In this document: positions 37,851-49,400 of the stretch, one piece after another | Layout of the letters: each line of letters begins with the position of its first letter | Numbering within the stretch: the first letter of the stretch is position 1 | Origin: Eledone cirrhosa | Lineage: Eukaryota | Assembly: GCA_964016885.1 (NCBI GenBank) | Contig: OZ024740.1 | Span: 352,284,001-352,348,000, forward strand | Reading direction: 5' to 3' | Length of the DNA stretch: 64,000 nt | Translations under genes and position numbers: made by a program | The notes under the pieces: generated by a model | Told to the model about the DNA's origin: nothing | Seen by the model: the letters and a program-made list of their open reading frames with translations, nothing else | The model's database searches: none

Positions 37851-39399
37851 TGAATCAATATATTTACAAGTATGTGAATTTCGTAAATATAATCATGTAC
37901 GGTTTGTTTAGTAAATAAACATTTGGAAAGCCTAGCTATGAATATTAAAGATGATCCTGGTTCTGTCAGATTTTCTAGAATTACATAATCTACTATTTTC
38001 TTATTATTTTTTTAAGACACTTTAATGTGATTGATGAGGGAAGGATTTATAACAGTTTGAGTAACCACATTAAAGCTTATTTTTACACTGAGCATAAATT
38101 ATTCCTCATTCAATTGAGGAGAAAACATCCATCTGCCTCTCTGGATGATTGCATACACTGGCCAGAATCATGGGGCTATTAGAGGCCAGTTTTCAATTTT
38201 TTGATGACTTCGGTTCCCCAACATTGAAGAGATATCATCTCTGTCCGTAGAAGACACTGGCCTTAAGCTTTCAAAATGCCTCGCGTTGCTTTTGCGAGTA
38301 TCCTCCCTTGCATACTTTCAGAATGCTCGTATTTTTTTCTGTGAATATCCTCCCTTACATATGTCATTTGTTCTTCGTTCAGTTTCCTTAAGTTTAGCGG
38401 CGGCTAAAGTCTCACTGCAAACTTTTGATAGTCATTAGTCATACAACACCTATCTTCGGAATGTGTTACTGTTCACACATTTTTCTCTTTATTTACTGGT
38501 TTGAACTTGGCTCACTAGAGGTTTTTTCAGGTAAACACTTGATTAGTTACGGTACTTAACTTTATACCAATATAATGTTCTTCCTACCATTAATTGTTCA
38601 TTCTAGTTTTCAACTACTTCCATACAATCAGGTGAAACTATATCTCGCATTCCATGACATATCAGTCCGTTACCATATACACATTTCTAAGGTTACCAGA
38701 AAATTATAAAACAAGCCTTAGCCAGATTTCGTCAATTCTGTGGCCAGTTACATTGTCTAGGGTTGATGAGAAATCACCCAATATGTTTACCCTTTGCTCA
38801 TGGGCTAGAGGTAGATGTCACATCCAGGGCATCACTGTCAACGATGCTTTCGCTCCAGCATCCAAAGATGCTACAGCAGATGTGGTGGTTACCATATCCA
38901 TAACCGAATGGAATGAGTTATTGAAATTTCTCGTTGAACTACATTTTTCAACTTGTGGCATTTGAGATGTTCTGTGGTGTTAGGCCGCTGACAACGAAGT
39001 TGTTGTCATCATTGGTGGATCGCCTTACTGAAGTATCAGGTGATGCTCATGAGAATGATTGGCTGTTACTGCACCTTGGCCTTACTATCACCTACAGTAA
39101 TGCTGTTTTGGGTTGCCCCAAACACCAACATCCCCTGCTGTAACGTGTTATTGGGGAAATATCCATTTCTTGTTTTCTTTTGTTTTTTTCTTTCTGGCTC
39201 ATTTCTATTTTTATTGACCATTAGCTTTGTTGATTGTGTGTGCATCTCATGGGAATGAAGATTTATTCCACACTTCTCACGTTCTCAACTATTCTGTCAT
39301 GTATGTCATAAGTCCTTTGTCTTCAAATTCATTATAAATTCTATACATCAGTCCATCAATTTAGTTCCTTTATACAATACTTTTCTTCTTTAAATACTG

Positions 39400-40120
39400 A
39401 AATACTGGTGCCTCAACAAAGAATCACCCGGTCCAATCTGTTAGGTGGTCATTCTGGTGTCACAGCGTAAAGAACCCAATCTATTTTGTAAAGTGGTAGT
39501 AGTGGTGCCACAAAAAAAAACTCCCAGTACACGCTGTAATGTGGTTGGCATTAGAAAGGGCTTTTGCCATGTCACCAACATGACTACTTTACAGTATGGA
39601 CTGGATGCTTTTTGCCATGTCACCAACACAACCACTTTACAGTGTGGACTATGCGCTTTTTGTTGTCACCAACATGACCATTTTACAGGTTGTATTGGGT
39701 GCTTTTGTCATGTCACCATCACAACCACTTTACAGGGTGGACTGGGCGTTTGTTGATATGTTACGAACATGACCACCCTACAGGGTGCTTTTTGTTATAT
39801 CACCATCACGACCATGACCACCTTACAGGGTAGAGTGGGTGCTCTTTGTCATGACACCAATATGATCACTCCATAGGCAAATTAGGTGCCTTCTGTTGTC
39901 ACCAACATGACCACTTTATAAGGTGGACTGGGTACCTCCTGTTGTCCCCAACATGACCACCTTACTGGGTGAACTGGGTGCTTATTTGTCATATCACCAG
40001 CACGACCACCTTGCAGGAAGGGTTAGGTGCCCTTTTGTCATGTTACCAACATGAGCACCTTATATGGTGAACTAGAGGTTTTGTTGTGTCACCAGCACAA
40101 TCACTTTACAGGGTGAACAG
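39400..40120. repeat. Minisatellite of about 12 x 47-bp diverged units derived from the RTE/SINE 3'-UTR subrepeat, preceded by inverted units
   Basis: Unit approximately ttttgtcatgtcaccaacatgaccactttacagggtggactgggtgc. Polarity flips near 39560. Confidence 0.85.
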
Positions 40121-41843
40121 CTTTTACCCATTTCAGCAGGACTGTAGGAGAGTGTGTTCAACATTCCATATTTTTATACATGGATTGAACAAGAGGTGCA
40201 TCAAATATGGAAAGTGGGAGTGAGATTGCATGTATGTAGGGTGGAGATTGGAGAGGTAGGTCAAGAGTTGGGCACTTAGCTGGTAAGAGGTGGAATAAAT
40301 GTAAATAAATATATTGTTCAAAATTTTTTATTGTTATTAAATTTATTCCATTATGAATAATTTTCGTCATTAAAATTTCACAACAGTAAATAAATCTTGT
40401 TAAACTTAACATTATACAAAAATATGAAATCATCATATCTATGGTGAAAAGTAGATAATAGAGAGAAAATGTTTTGTTGGAAGATATGTATGAGTGCCTG
40501 TACTTGTTCTCAAGCTGTTTAGTATCCTCCATTAAACCCAAGAGTCATATTCCAACAAATACAGTATTATAAATAATTATATTTCATAAAATAACCATGG
40601 TTTAGTGGTATACATTTTTCTAATGCAGCTTGCCAACATTAAAAAAGTTCTCTACTTCTGCCTTAGAGCTTCAAAACAAACTGTCGTTGTTGAAGATTAA
40701 TTTGAAAAATATATTCGCTTAAAAATACTGGTGGACTGATTATAAATTCATAGTTTCTGATTATATCAACCTAAGTTTTAGTTACTGAAATGAAAGTTAT
40801 TGCCATATGAGATATATTTTCTTCAATAAAATCTAGAAACAAGCTAACTACCAAAATATTTTTCTTACAAACAGTACAAATGTACTAATTTTAAACAAAA
40901 ATCTTATTGCTGACCATAACATTTGTAGATATAGAATATTTAGAACAAATGAAAACACGTATTTCACAAGAAAAAAATAACACAAATTAATATTTTAATA
41001 TTTTATTTTAATGAGATTTTAATTTCTATGGTTCTATATATTTAGTCAGTTACACAAATATTGTGGGTTGACTATTGGAATGTTTTAGCAGATACATTGT
41101 CACCTAATGGAATTAGTGGTATAATGTATTTAATTATTTATGATACTCACATCTGGAGATAATATATTAGCACTTATATTACAGATGTATATTATGTATC
41201 AAACGTAACTTCTGTGAGACATTCAGGTCAAGTACAAAGATGACATAAGGAAAGGGCTGGCAAGAAATTAAACATGAAAAAAAAAAACATGTGCTAGATA
41301 GTAACCAAAAGTATTTAAACCGGCCCTAGCTGGCCAGAATTCTTTCAGTTCAAACTGGCCATAACTGGCCAGTTTGAACTGAATACCTTATTTGAACTGA
41401 TACCTTGAAATAAATAATATCAAAATCTTGTAGATTCGATTTTATGTGACATGAAGTGTTTACCATGAAAATACAATAGTAAATGTAGAGTAACTAAAGG
41501 GTTAAGAAATGGCTTGCATCCTGTATCACATGAAACCACATTAGCAAAACATGCTTCATAAGTACAAAACTACTATGACTGCATCACATTAAAAATTAAA
41601 GTCGTTATTTTAATTTACTGGCAATTTTCACAATGATCTGTTCACTAGCAAAGATGATACAGACATTTGAATTAACAAACCAATTTATAGATATTTTCTG
41701 CTGTATCATTACAGGATCTTGACAGTTAATGTGTAGGCGAGAAGTAGATACAAGTTCAATACTGTGTACAGACAAAAGTATAGAAAGGATGTTGAGATAT
41801 TCTGGAAAGTTGAGTTAGGAGCAATATTCCAGATGCTCTAAAT

Positions 41844-42254
41844 CAGAGGTTCTCAAAGTGGGTGGTACCAAACCCCGTGGGGCGTTGAGAAGGTCCAGTG
41901 GGTACTGGGACCTATAGTAATAGTGGCAGGTAGAGATGATATAATCATATATCAAATGATACATTATATAAATATAGTAAAATAAAAAATATATATTTAT
42001 TTATACATAGTATTATTATATTATTTATTATATATAAATTATTATGTAATAAATAAAATTGTTAATTTTCTTTCGTTCTTTCGTTTAACGTCCGTGTTTT
42101 GGAACACGGACGTTAAACGAAAGAACGAAAGAAAATTAACAATTTTATTTATTACATAATATTTACAAATCTCTCTGGAAATAGGGTTGGGGTGGAGCTG
42201 AGGGTATTACATGGCCATGAGGGGGCAGTAGCCCCAAAAGTTTGAGAACCTTTG
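41844..42254. mobile_element. hAT (Charlie-type) MITE downstream of ZNF gene 2
   Basis: TIRs CAGAGGTTCTCAAA / TTTGAGAACCTTTG. Degenerate 8-bp TSD CTCTAAAT / TTCTAGAT. Confidence 0.8.
42040..42161. repeat. Perfect inverted repeat, 59-bp arms, 4-nt loop
   Basis: 42040-42098 is the exact reverse complement of 42103-42161. Confidence 0.95.
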
Positions 42255-42484
42255 TTCTAGATGTTTAGGCATAACCTACTGTAGCAGAAACACGAAATGT
42301 TCAGCTGATAAAGTATTCAGTTCATATAAAATATACAGAGATATCAGATGGACTATCAGCATGGAACAATGAATATTAAAATATTTCTGATAATGACTGT
42401 TCCAAGTTAAAATCCAAATAAACAAATTAATTCATAATATAATATATTATTTGTAGAAAATATTTAACCACGAATATCACATAC

Positions 42485-43393
42485 CTATGGTTTCTCTCCT
42501 GTGTGGATACGTTTGTGTTGAGCTAAATTATCACTTCTAGAGAATGTTTCACTACAGATATCACAGTGGTATGGTCTCTCTCCTGTGTGGATATGCTTGT
42601 GTCTAGCAAAATGACCACTTTGAGAGAATGTTTTACCACATATATCACATTGGTATGGTCTTTCTCCAGTATGAATACGTACATGGACAGACAAATGACC
42701 CTTTGTAGAAAATGTTTCATCACATATATCACATTGGTATGGTTTCTCTCCTGTGTGGATATGTTTGTGATAAGTTAAATTACGTTTTCTAGTGAATGTT
42801 TCACCACAGACATCACAGTGGTATGGCCTTTCTCCTGTGTGAATACGTTTGTGGACAGACAAATCAGCACTTCCAGAAAATGTTTTACCACAGACATCAC
42901 AGTGGTATGGTTTCTCTCCAGTATGAATACGTTTGTGTTGAGTTAAATTATCACTTCTAGAGAATGCTTTATCACAGATTTCACAGTGGTATGGTTTTTC
43001 TCCTGTGTGAATATGTTTGTGGGAAGACAAATGACCATTTCTAGAAAATGATTCACCACAGTTATCACAGTGGTATGGTTTTTCTCCAGTATGAATTCGT
43101 TTGTGTCGAGAGAAACTGCCCTTTAGAGTGAAATTTTTACCACAAATATCACAGCGGTATGGTTTTTCTCCAGAGTGAATACGTTTATGGGAAACTAAAG
43201 TGCTAATATCTGAGAATGTTTTACTGCAGATATCACAGTGGTGTAGTTTTTCTCCTATACAGTTATGACAAGTTAACAAATTCTTTGTAGAGAATAATTT
43301 ACGACATACATCACATGTGTGTGGTTTCATTTCTGTATTTTCCTGTATCTGATTAGCTGAATCAATATTTTTAAGTTTTGCTTTCTCATCCAT
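42485..43393 (-). CDS. C2H2 zinc-finger protein, 9 canonical fingers plus 1 degenerate N-terminal finger, 302 aa
   Basis: Uninterrupted ORF with TGEKP/TGERP linkers. Same MDEK..MKPHTCD leader as gene 1. Confidence 0.93.
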   Translation of the reverse strand: MDEKAKLKNIDSANQIQENTEMKPHTCDVCRKLFSTKNLLTCHNCIGEKLHHCDICSKTFSDISTLVSHKRIHSGEKPYRCDICGKNFTLKGSFSRHKRIHTGEKPYHCDNCGESFSRNGHLSSHKHIHTGEKPYHCEICDKAFSRSDNLTQHKRIHTGEKPYHCDVCGKTFSGSADLSVHKRIHTGERPYHCDVCGETFTRKRNLTYHKHIHTGEKPYQCDICDETFSTKGHLSVHVRIHTGERPYQCDICGKTFSQSGHFARHKHIHTGERPYHCDICSETFSRSDNLAQHKRIHTGEKP

Positions 43394-43780
43394 AACTTTC
43401 TCTTATAATCTATATTTCCATGTATGATGATTTTTGTTAAAGTCTACTGATATCTTGGCTGTTAAGAAATAACTTCAAATGAATGTATTAGGATAGAATC
43501 ATGTAAATAATGACATGCAACTAAAAGATAATTAAGCTAATGTTAATTAACAAGATGTATCTAGATATCAAATCCTCATATGTCAGACACTTTATGACAA
43601 ACCTTCTGAGTTTAATAAGTACAGAAAACATTTGATTAGAAGTTTTTGCAATTTTTAATCCCAAGAAAATATTTCACATCCATTCAGCCAAAAGTTGTAG
43701 AAACCAGTTAATATCAGCTTGGTGAAGTTATTTCAATCTTTAAGAATTGATAAATGTGTCAATAATCTTCAGTGAAATAT

Positions 43781-44621
43781 CTGTAATAAAACACATCTAG
43801 ACATCAGAGACAATGAAGAGATAACAAGATATTTAACCATATGTATTGAAAATTAGTCAGAAGAAAGAATCAATAGAAATGTAGTGAAGTATAGATTGAC
43901 ATTATAGAAGAAAGAGGAAAATGTACCATGGACGATGAAAATTATGAGGACAGCATAGAATAAAACAATGGAGCAAGAACCTTCAATGTTGATTTGTCTG
44001 GAAGCCAGTGGAGGAATATATTTTGATGTTGTACTGCCAGATTAGGGTAGTGTGGGGCCTGAGCATAGACTATAAAGGAGTCCTACAATCTGGATCCAGA
44101 ATCAGAAATTTTAACATCTCAAAATAAAGCCTAGCTCGGAGCTCAAGAACATTTTATTCAATCTTTTAAATATGTTTGCTAGACAAAGTTCACTCCTTTA
44201 AACAGCCGTGTTTGGGATTTTTTCTGTCATTTTATGACCACACAAGCCAAGCTAACTCAAAGTTCTCTCCAGTAAAGGTATTGGATCATAAGTGCATTTT
44301 GTAATTTCTGGATCCCAAACTAAATTTACGGACTAGTGTCGTAGTCGTCAATTGACTTTCATTTTCAATATACCAATAATAATTAAAAAAATAATACATA
44401 CATATGTACGTATATATTCGACTATCCTCGTCATGTGATGTAAATGTTGATTACATTGGTTACAGTCTGTCAACCAGGTACGAAAAATCACCAATACTTT
44501 TCATATAAAGGGATAAAACAAAACAGATTCTAACAGACAGCAGAAATAGCGAATGGAGTAGGAATTTAAATATAATAGACATTTTCTATACAAGAACTAT
44601 AAAAAATATATTGATACTTAC
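43781..44621 (-). other. Predicted 5'-UTR intron of ZNF gene 2
   Basis: Donor TTAT|GTAAGT (acttac at 44616-44621) and acceptor TTTTATTACAG| at 43781. Positions match gene 1. Confidence 0.7.
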
Positions 44622-44905
44622 ATAATGTAAGTTATACGATGAATTAATTAGGTAGAGCTACAAAAGTAGCGCTATCTGAAATTGATGGAAACATCGCTGA
44701 ACTTACAATTACATCTAATACGACATATCTATCTCTTAACTACTGTAATTAATTATTACAAATACAGAGTAAATATATATGTTAAGAAAGAATACATCTA
44801 TAATGTTTATAGATTTAATAAACGAGAATGACATAACGGAAGTGACATTCGTCGTAAGGGAAGACCTTACCTCTAATCAGTAAAGAGTGCAACACAGGTT
44901 CTTGT
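44622..44905 (-). promoter_or_regulatory. Predicted non-coding exon 1 and promoter of ZNF gene 2
   Basis: cataacggaagt and ctctaatcagtaaagagtgc blocks are shared with the other modules. Confidence 0.6.
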
Positions 44906-45105
44906 TTATATGGGCAATCTTTCAGTATAACAATTTCACCTGAAATGTTAGATGGTAACTATTTTGTTTTGTTGTAATGTATCTGATTGTTTAGATTGTT
45001 TTAAAGGCGGAATATAAATTTGAGCGATGTTGCCGTGTAAAATATATATATACCATTTCCTCTTTCGCAAACGTCGTTCTTCAAACACGCACATTACTAT
45101 ATTTA

Positions 45106-45460
45106 CGGACACTACAACGCTATTAGCTGTCAGTCCAGTGGAAAACAGGCGAAAGTGACGTCACTCGTCAACATCGTTTATTTCCGTATTACTACCACGC
45201 GTAAGTGGAGTTTTCACGCGTTTTTTTTTTGAGAGAGAGGGAAGACTTAAAAGGGCCAAATTAGAAAACAAGTCATGGTTATAAAGCAGATCGATGTAAG
45301 TGGAGTTATTTAAATGAAAATATAGGTGGCCCTTAAAAGGGCCAAATTAGAAAACAAGTTATGGTTATCAATGTAGAAAACAAGTCATTCATAAATTTAA
45401 GTTTTATAATCAAATTTTTTTCATCAACAAATATGACAGCTAATAGCGTTGTAGTGCCCG
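45106..45460. mobile_element. MITE with 27-bp TIRs
   Basis: CGGACACTACAACGCTATTAGCTGTCA / TGACAGCTAATAGCGTTGTAGTGCCCG; internal direct repeat cttaaaagggccaaattagaaaacaagt (2 copies). Confidence 0.75.
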
Positions 45461-45493
45461 CAATTCTGTACTTTACGTATATTGTGCATAGAT

Positions 45494-45715
45494 ACGAGGG
45501 TTGACAAAGATACTCTCATGGAATGTGACCAAATGAGGTTTATTTTTCAACATAGTCTCCCTTGCGTTCCACACACTTTTTCCATCGGTGTTGCAGTACT
45601 GAGATCAATGTTTTCCTCGGTAGTGGCAGTTGTAGGACGTCCAGACATTGGGTCATCTTCAAGAATCCCCTATCCTTTCCTAAATTCGGCTGCCCACTTT
45701 TGCACAAAGGAAAAT
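45494..45715 (-). mobile_element. Internally deleted mariner fragment
   Basis: TACGAGGG terminus; LQHRWKKCVERKGDYVEK transposase C-terminus; homologous to parts of 5160-6030. Confidence 0.75.
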
Positions 45716-46429
45716 TATGGTACAATATTGTAAGGTCTGCTTATAGCATTATCCATCTTTCAAAAATGAAGGTCCACATTTCGTCGACTTCAATACATTT
45801 TATTACATTTTATTGTATTGTAAACATTAACTTTTATGGAAATTTTATTACAAAATTTCAATTTAGTTCGATTTTTTTGGAATTTATTTAACAAACATGG
45901 AAAAATAAGAAAAAGAATAAAATAAAAAATAATTTGATTGCTTTTAATAAAGAAGATAAATAGAGTGGAACTGATTTCCAGGTCACACTAATGAAACAAG
46001 GTTTTTTCCATTACTGATATTATCTGTCTGCTGCAAGTCCTGGTAGAAGATGCTACACGAACTAAAGTATTTTACTGAAGGACGCAACATGCTGCAGGAT
46101 CGAAGAAACGAGCCCATGACTTTATAATGGTTAGTCCAGTACCGTAACCCCTAAGGCATGTGCCTTCACAGAGGAAAGGTAAATCATATTATAACAGATT
46201 AGATGGGTACTATGTTAATATGTGTCATATTATACCAAAGAGGAAGTGTGTTGTATAATAAACATTGATATCAGGTAGATTCAATAACTACCCGGTCCCA
46301 AATATGAACCCATTAACTTATGGTCGTCAGTCAAACACTTTAACCATTGTATGTATACACGTATGGATGGATGTATGTATGTATGTGTGTATACATGTAT
46401 GCATATATGTAAGTATGTATGCGTGTATG

Positions 46430-49400
46430 AGAACAACTGGAAGGACTTCAGGAGCTCGGTCTATGAGGCTTCAGCAGAGGTCCTTGGCTTTGTCACAAGA
46501 AAACAAGGACTCGTTTGATGAGAATATAACAAAATACTAGTGTGTATGAATATAACAAGGAGACGTAGTTTGTGTGTATAATATTTAATTAACAATTTGT
46601 GGATATATAGAACAGTATAGTTGACATGTCAATGAATAGATGAAAGAATGAAGCAAAGTTATTAGTTACCGTTTTGGTTGCCAGGCGAAGGCCAGGAGTC
46701 GGAAAGGCAAATGAGAGGTAGGGAGCTTAAAGTTGTTCGTTTTATAGGGTTCTGCCGGAAGTGATAAAAAGGGTTCTATCACCTCAACGGGAAGCAACTC
46801 CAGCTACTTCCTGTCTAGAGAGCGTTACTCTATTGGTTATGTGAGTGTCACAACAAGGGAGGCAACTCCTGCTACATTATCTCCCGCCAGATTTTTAAAA
46901 TATAAAAATCGAATGAAATATGTATGTAGTAAGTTGGCGAGAATGTAACGCATGAAAATTACGAAGAAAAAAATGTTTGCAAAAATCAATGATAGATATC
47001 AAGGTAGCCAACCGGTCTTGGCCAGAGAACGACTGGACATCTATCTATCCATCACCCAAAGATACAATGTAATCAAAGTAAGAGAAGAGCTCAAAGTTCA
47101 AATGTACAAAATATAGTTCACAGGTGTGCAATCACATGACAGCAGGAAAGAAAGTGTGTTCCAGAGAATGAATGCAGGTGGTTTCTGTTCTGTGGTATAA
47201 CGTGAAATTTCCAACCTCCGAATAGATTTTCTCACAGGAAGAGTGCTGCAAAAATAAATTCTCTGGCTTGTTCTGCTGGTTTTGGTTGTTGATGAAGCTG
47301 TGTTGCTGTTGATGTTGTTGTCTCGTGGGGTGAGCGTATTCGATGTTTAAATTCACAGTAAAAAAAATTTTTTTTTATAAAAAATGAGTTGCGCAAAGTG
47401 CTAGAAATAACAGCCGAAGTTTATGGTCGATGTTGAGAATGCGTTGACCTGGAAGGGTCAAGAGACCAGCGACCAAAGAAATAAGCATTCTGAATAAATG
47501 CGCAGTTTTCAACGGCAAATTTACGTGGTAAATTTTTAGACCGGCAAATAGGAGAATATAGCTTAAGGCTGGAGAATCCTTGGCGAGAAACGTTATCTCA
47601 TGGCGTGTGACTATCTCAGTGAATCGAGAATTGTGCAGCCTACACGTGCCGATTAAGTTGAAAAAAAAATATTTCTATTGCGCGAGAAAATGGCGCGAAA
47701 ATGATAGTGCAACATGTCGTTGGCAGCCATTTTGAAAAAATGTGTGTGTGAAAGTGACAATGATGAAACAGAAAGAAAGGCTTCACTTAGTATAACAAAT
47801 ATGGCGAGTTCAATTTTTTTTTTTTTTTTTGGTGTGAACTTTGAAAAAAACTTGAACGATGAAGAAAACGATGAAAAAAAAAGGCAATAGTTGAGATTCA
47901 TCGAAAATAAATGTTCCTGTTGAAATGTTTTTTTTTAAATCAATTTCTTTTTTTTTTTTTTAAAGTGTTCGTTGTAAGAAAGCAACGAAAAACATATATA
48001 TATATACAGTGAAATGCGACAGTTAGTTGATGCGTGAGAGAAAAAGAGTCTGTCTGAACGAGAATTTCACATGTGCGTGTGTTCGTTTCTTTGACTGCGT
48101 ATTTTCATAGTTTGTCAATAAAATTTGCTGCGTATTCGTAATGTTACTCACACAACACCAGATTCTGCTATTTTTTTTCTTTTTTCGGGGTCACCACTTA
48201 TAACAAAATACTCGTGTGTATGAATATAACAAGGAGACGAAGTTTGTGTGTATAATATTTAATTAACAATTTGTGGATATATAGAACAGTATAGTTGACA
48301 TGTCAATGAATAGATGAAAGAATGAAGCAAAGTTATTAGTTACCGTTTTGGTTGCCAGGCGAAGGCCAGGAGTCGGAAAGGCAAATGAGAGGTAGGGAGC
48401 TTAAAGTTGTTCGTTTTATAGGGTTCTGCCGGAAGTGATAAAAAGGGTTCTATCACCTCAACGGGAAGCAACTCCAGCTACTTCCTGTCTAGAGAGCGTT
48501 ACTCTATTGGTTATGTGAGTGTCACAACAAGGGAGGCAACTCCTGCTACAAGAATGACCAGGAGGTCAAGGCTCTGCTAGACAGAAAACAAAAGGCACTT
48601 GATGCAGTTCTTAAAGGTGGTAGCTCTGTTGGTGACAATTATGAACGTTACAGACAGGTAAAGAAGGAAGTGCAGGTGAAACTCAGGGCTATGCAAAATA
48701 CCTGGTGGAGCAACAAAGCAGATGAAGTTCAAGTGGCATCTGACGGCAACAATGTGAAACTGCCGCACTTTCTACTCACAGAGGTGTATGGCCCTTTCAG
48801 CTCTCCAGTGGCCCCTTTGAGATCGAAAGATGGCAAGCAATTACTGCGTGACCCAAAAGACACTCGACAGATAGAGAGATCACTTTGATGAGCTCTTAAA
48901 CCAGGTTGATGATGATTTCATTTGTTCCATTCCTATTGAACCAGTGAAGCATATGAGATGGCTAATGTATCTTCTCTTGCAGAGGGGACTTCTGTTGTGC
49001 ATAAGCTGAACTGTGGTAAGTCTCCTGTATGGATGGTCTGAGTGGAGCGGTTTTGAAGTGTGGTGGTGAAAACTTCACGCAGCGCCTGACTGACCTCATG
49101 AAAATGGTGTGGGAAGATGAGAATGTCCCACAAGAAGGATGCACTCATGGTGATTCTCCATAAAGGAAAGGGCGGCAAGGACAAATGTGGCAATTATCAT
49201 GTCATATCCCTTCTTTCAGTAGTTGGTAAAGTCGTGTCGAATATTGATGGATAGATTGATCCCAAGAGTTGCTCTGAATGTGTTGCCTGAGTCGCAGTGT
49301 GGGTTCAGAAACGAAAGAGGAACAGTGGATATGATCGTTTCTGCTCGGCAGCTGCAAGAAAAGTGTATCGAACAATGTATGGACCTTTACCAGGTCTTTG

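Noticed and set aside
39560-40120. CRISPR-like regular repeat
   Set aside because: The units are contiguous diverged tandem copies without unique spacers, there are no cas genes, and the DNA is eukaryotic.
42485-42487. Stop-codon read-through by A-to-I editing of UAG
   Set aside because: A TAA follows 7 codons later and the relic finger lacks its second Cys, so no functional finger would be gained.
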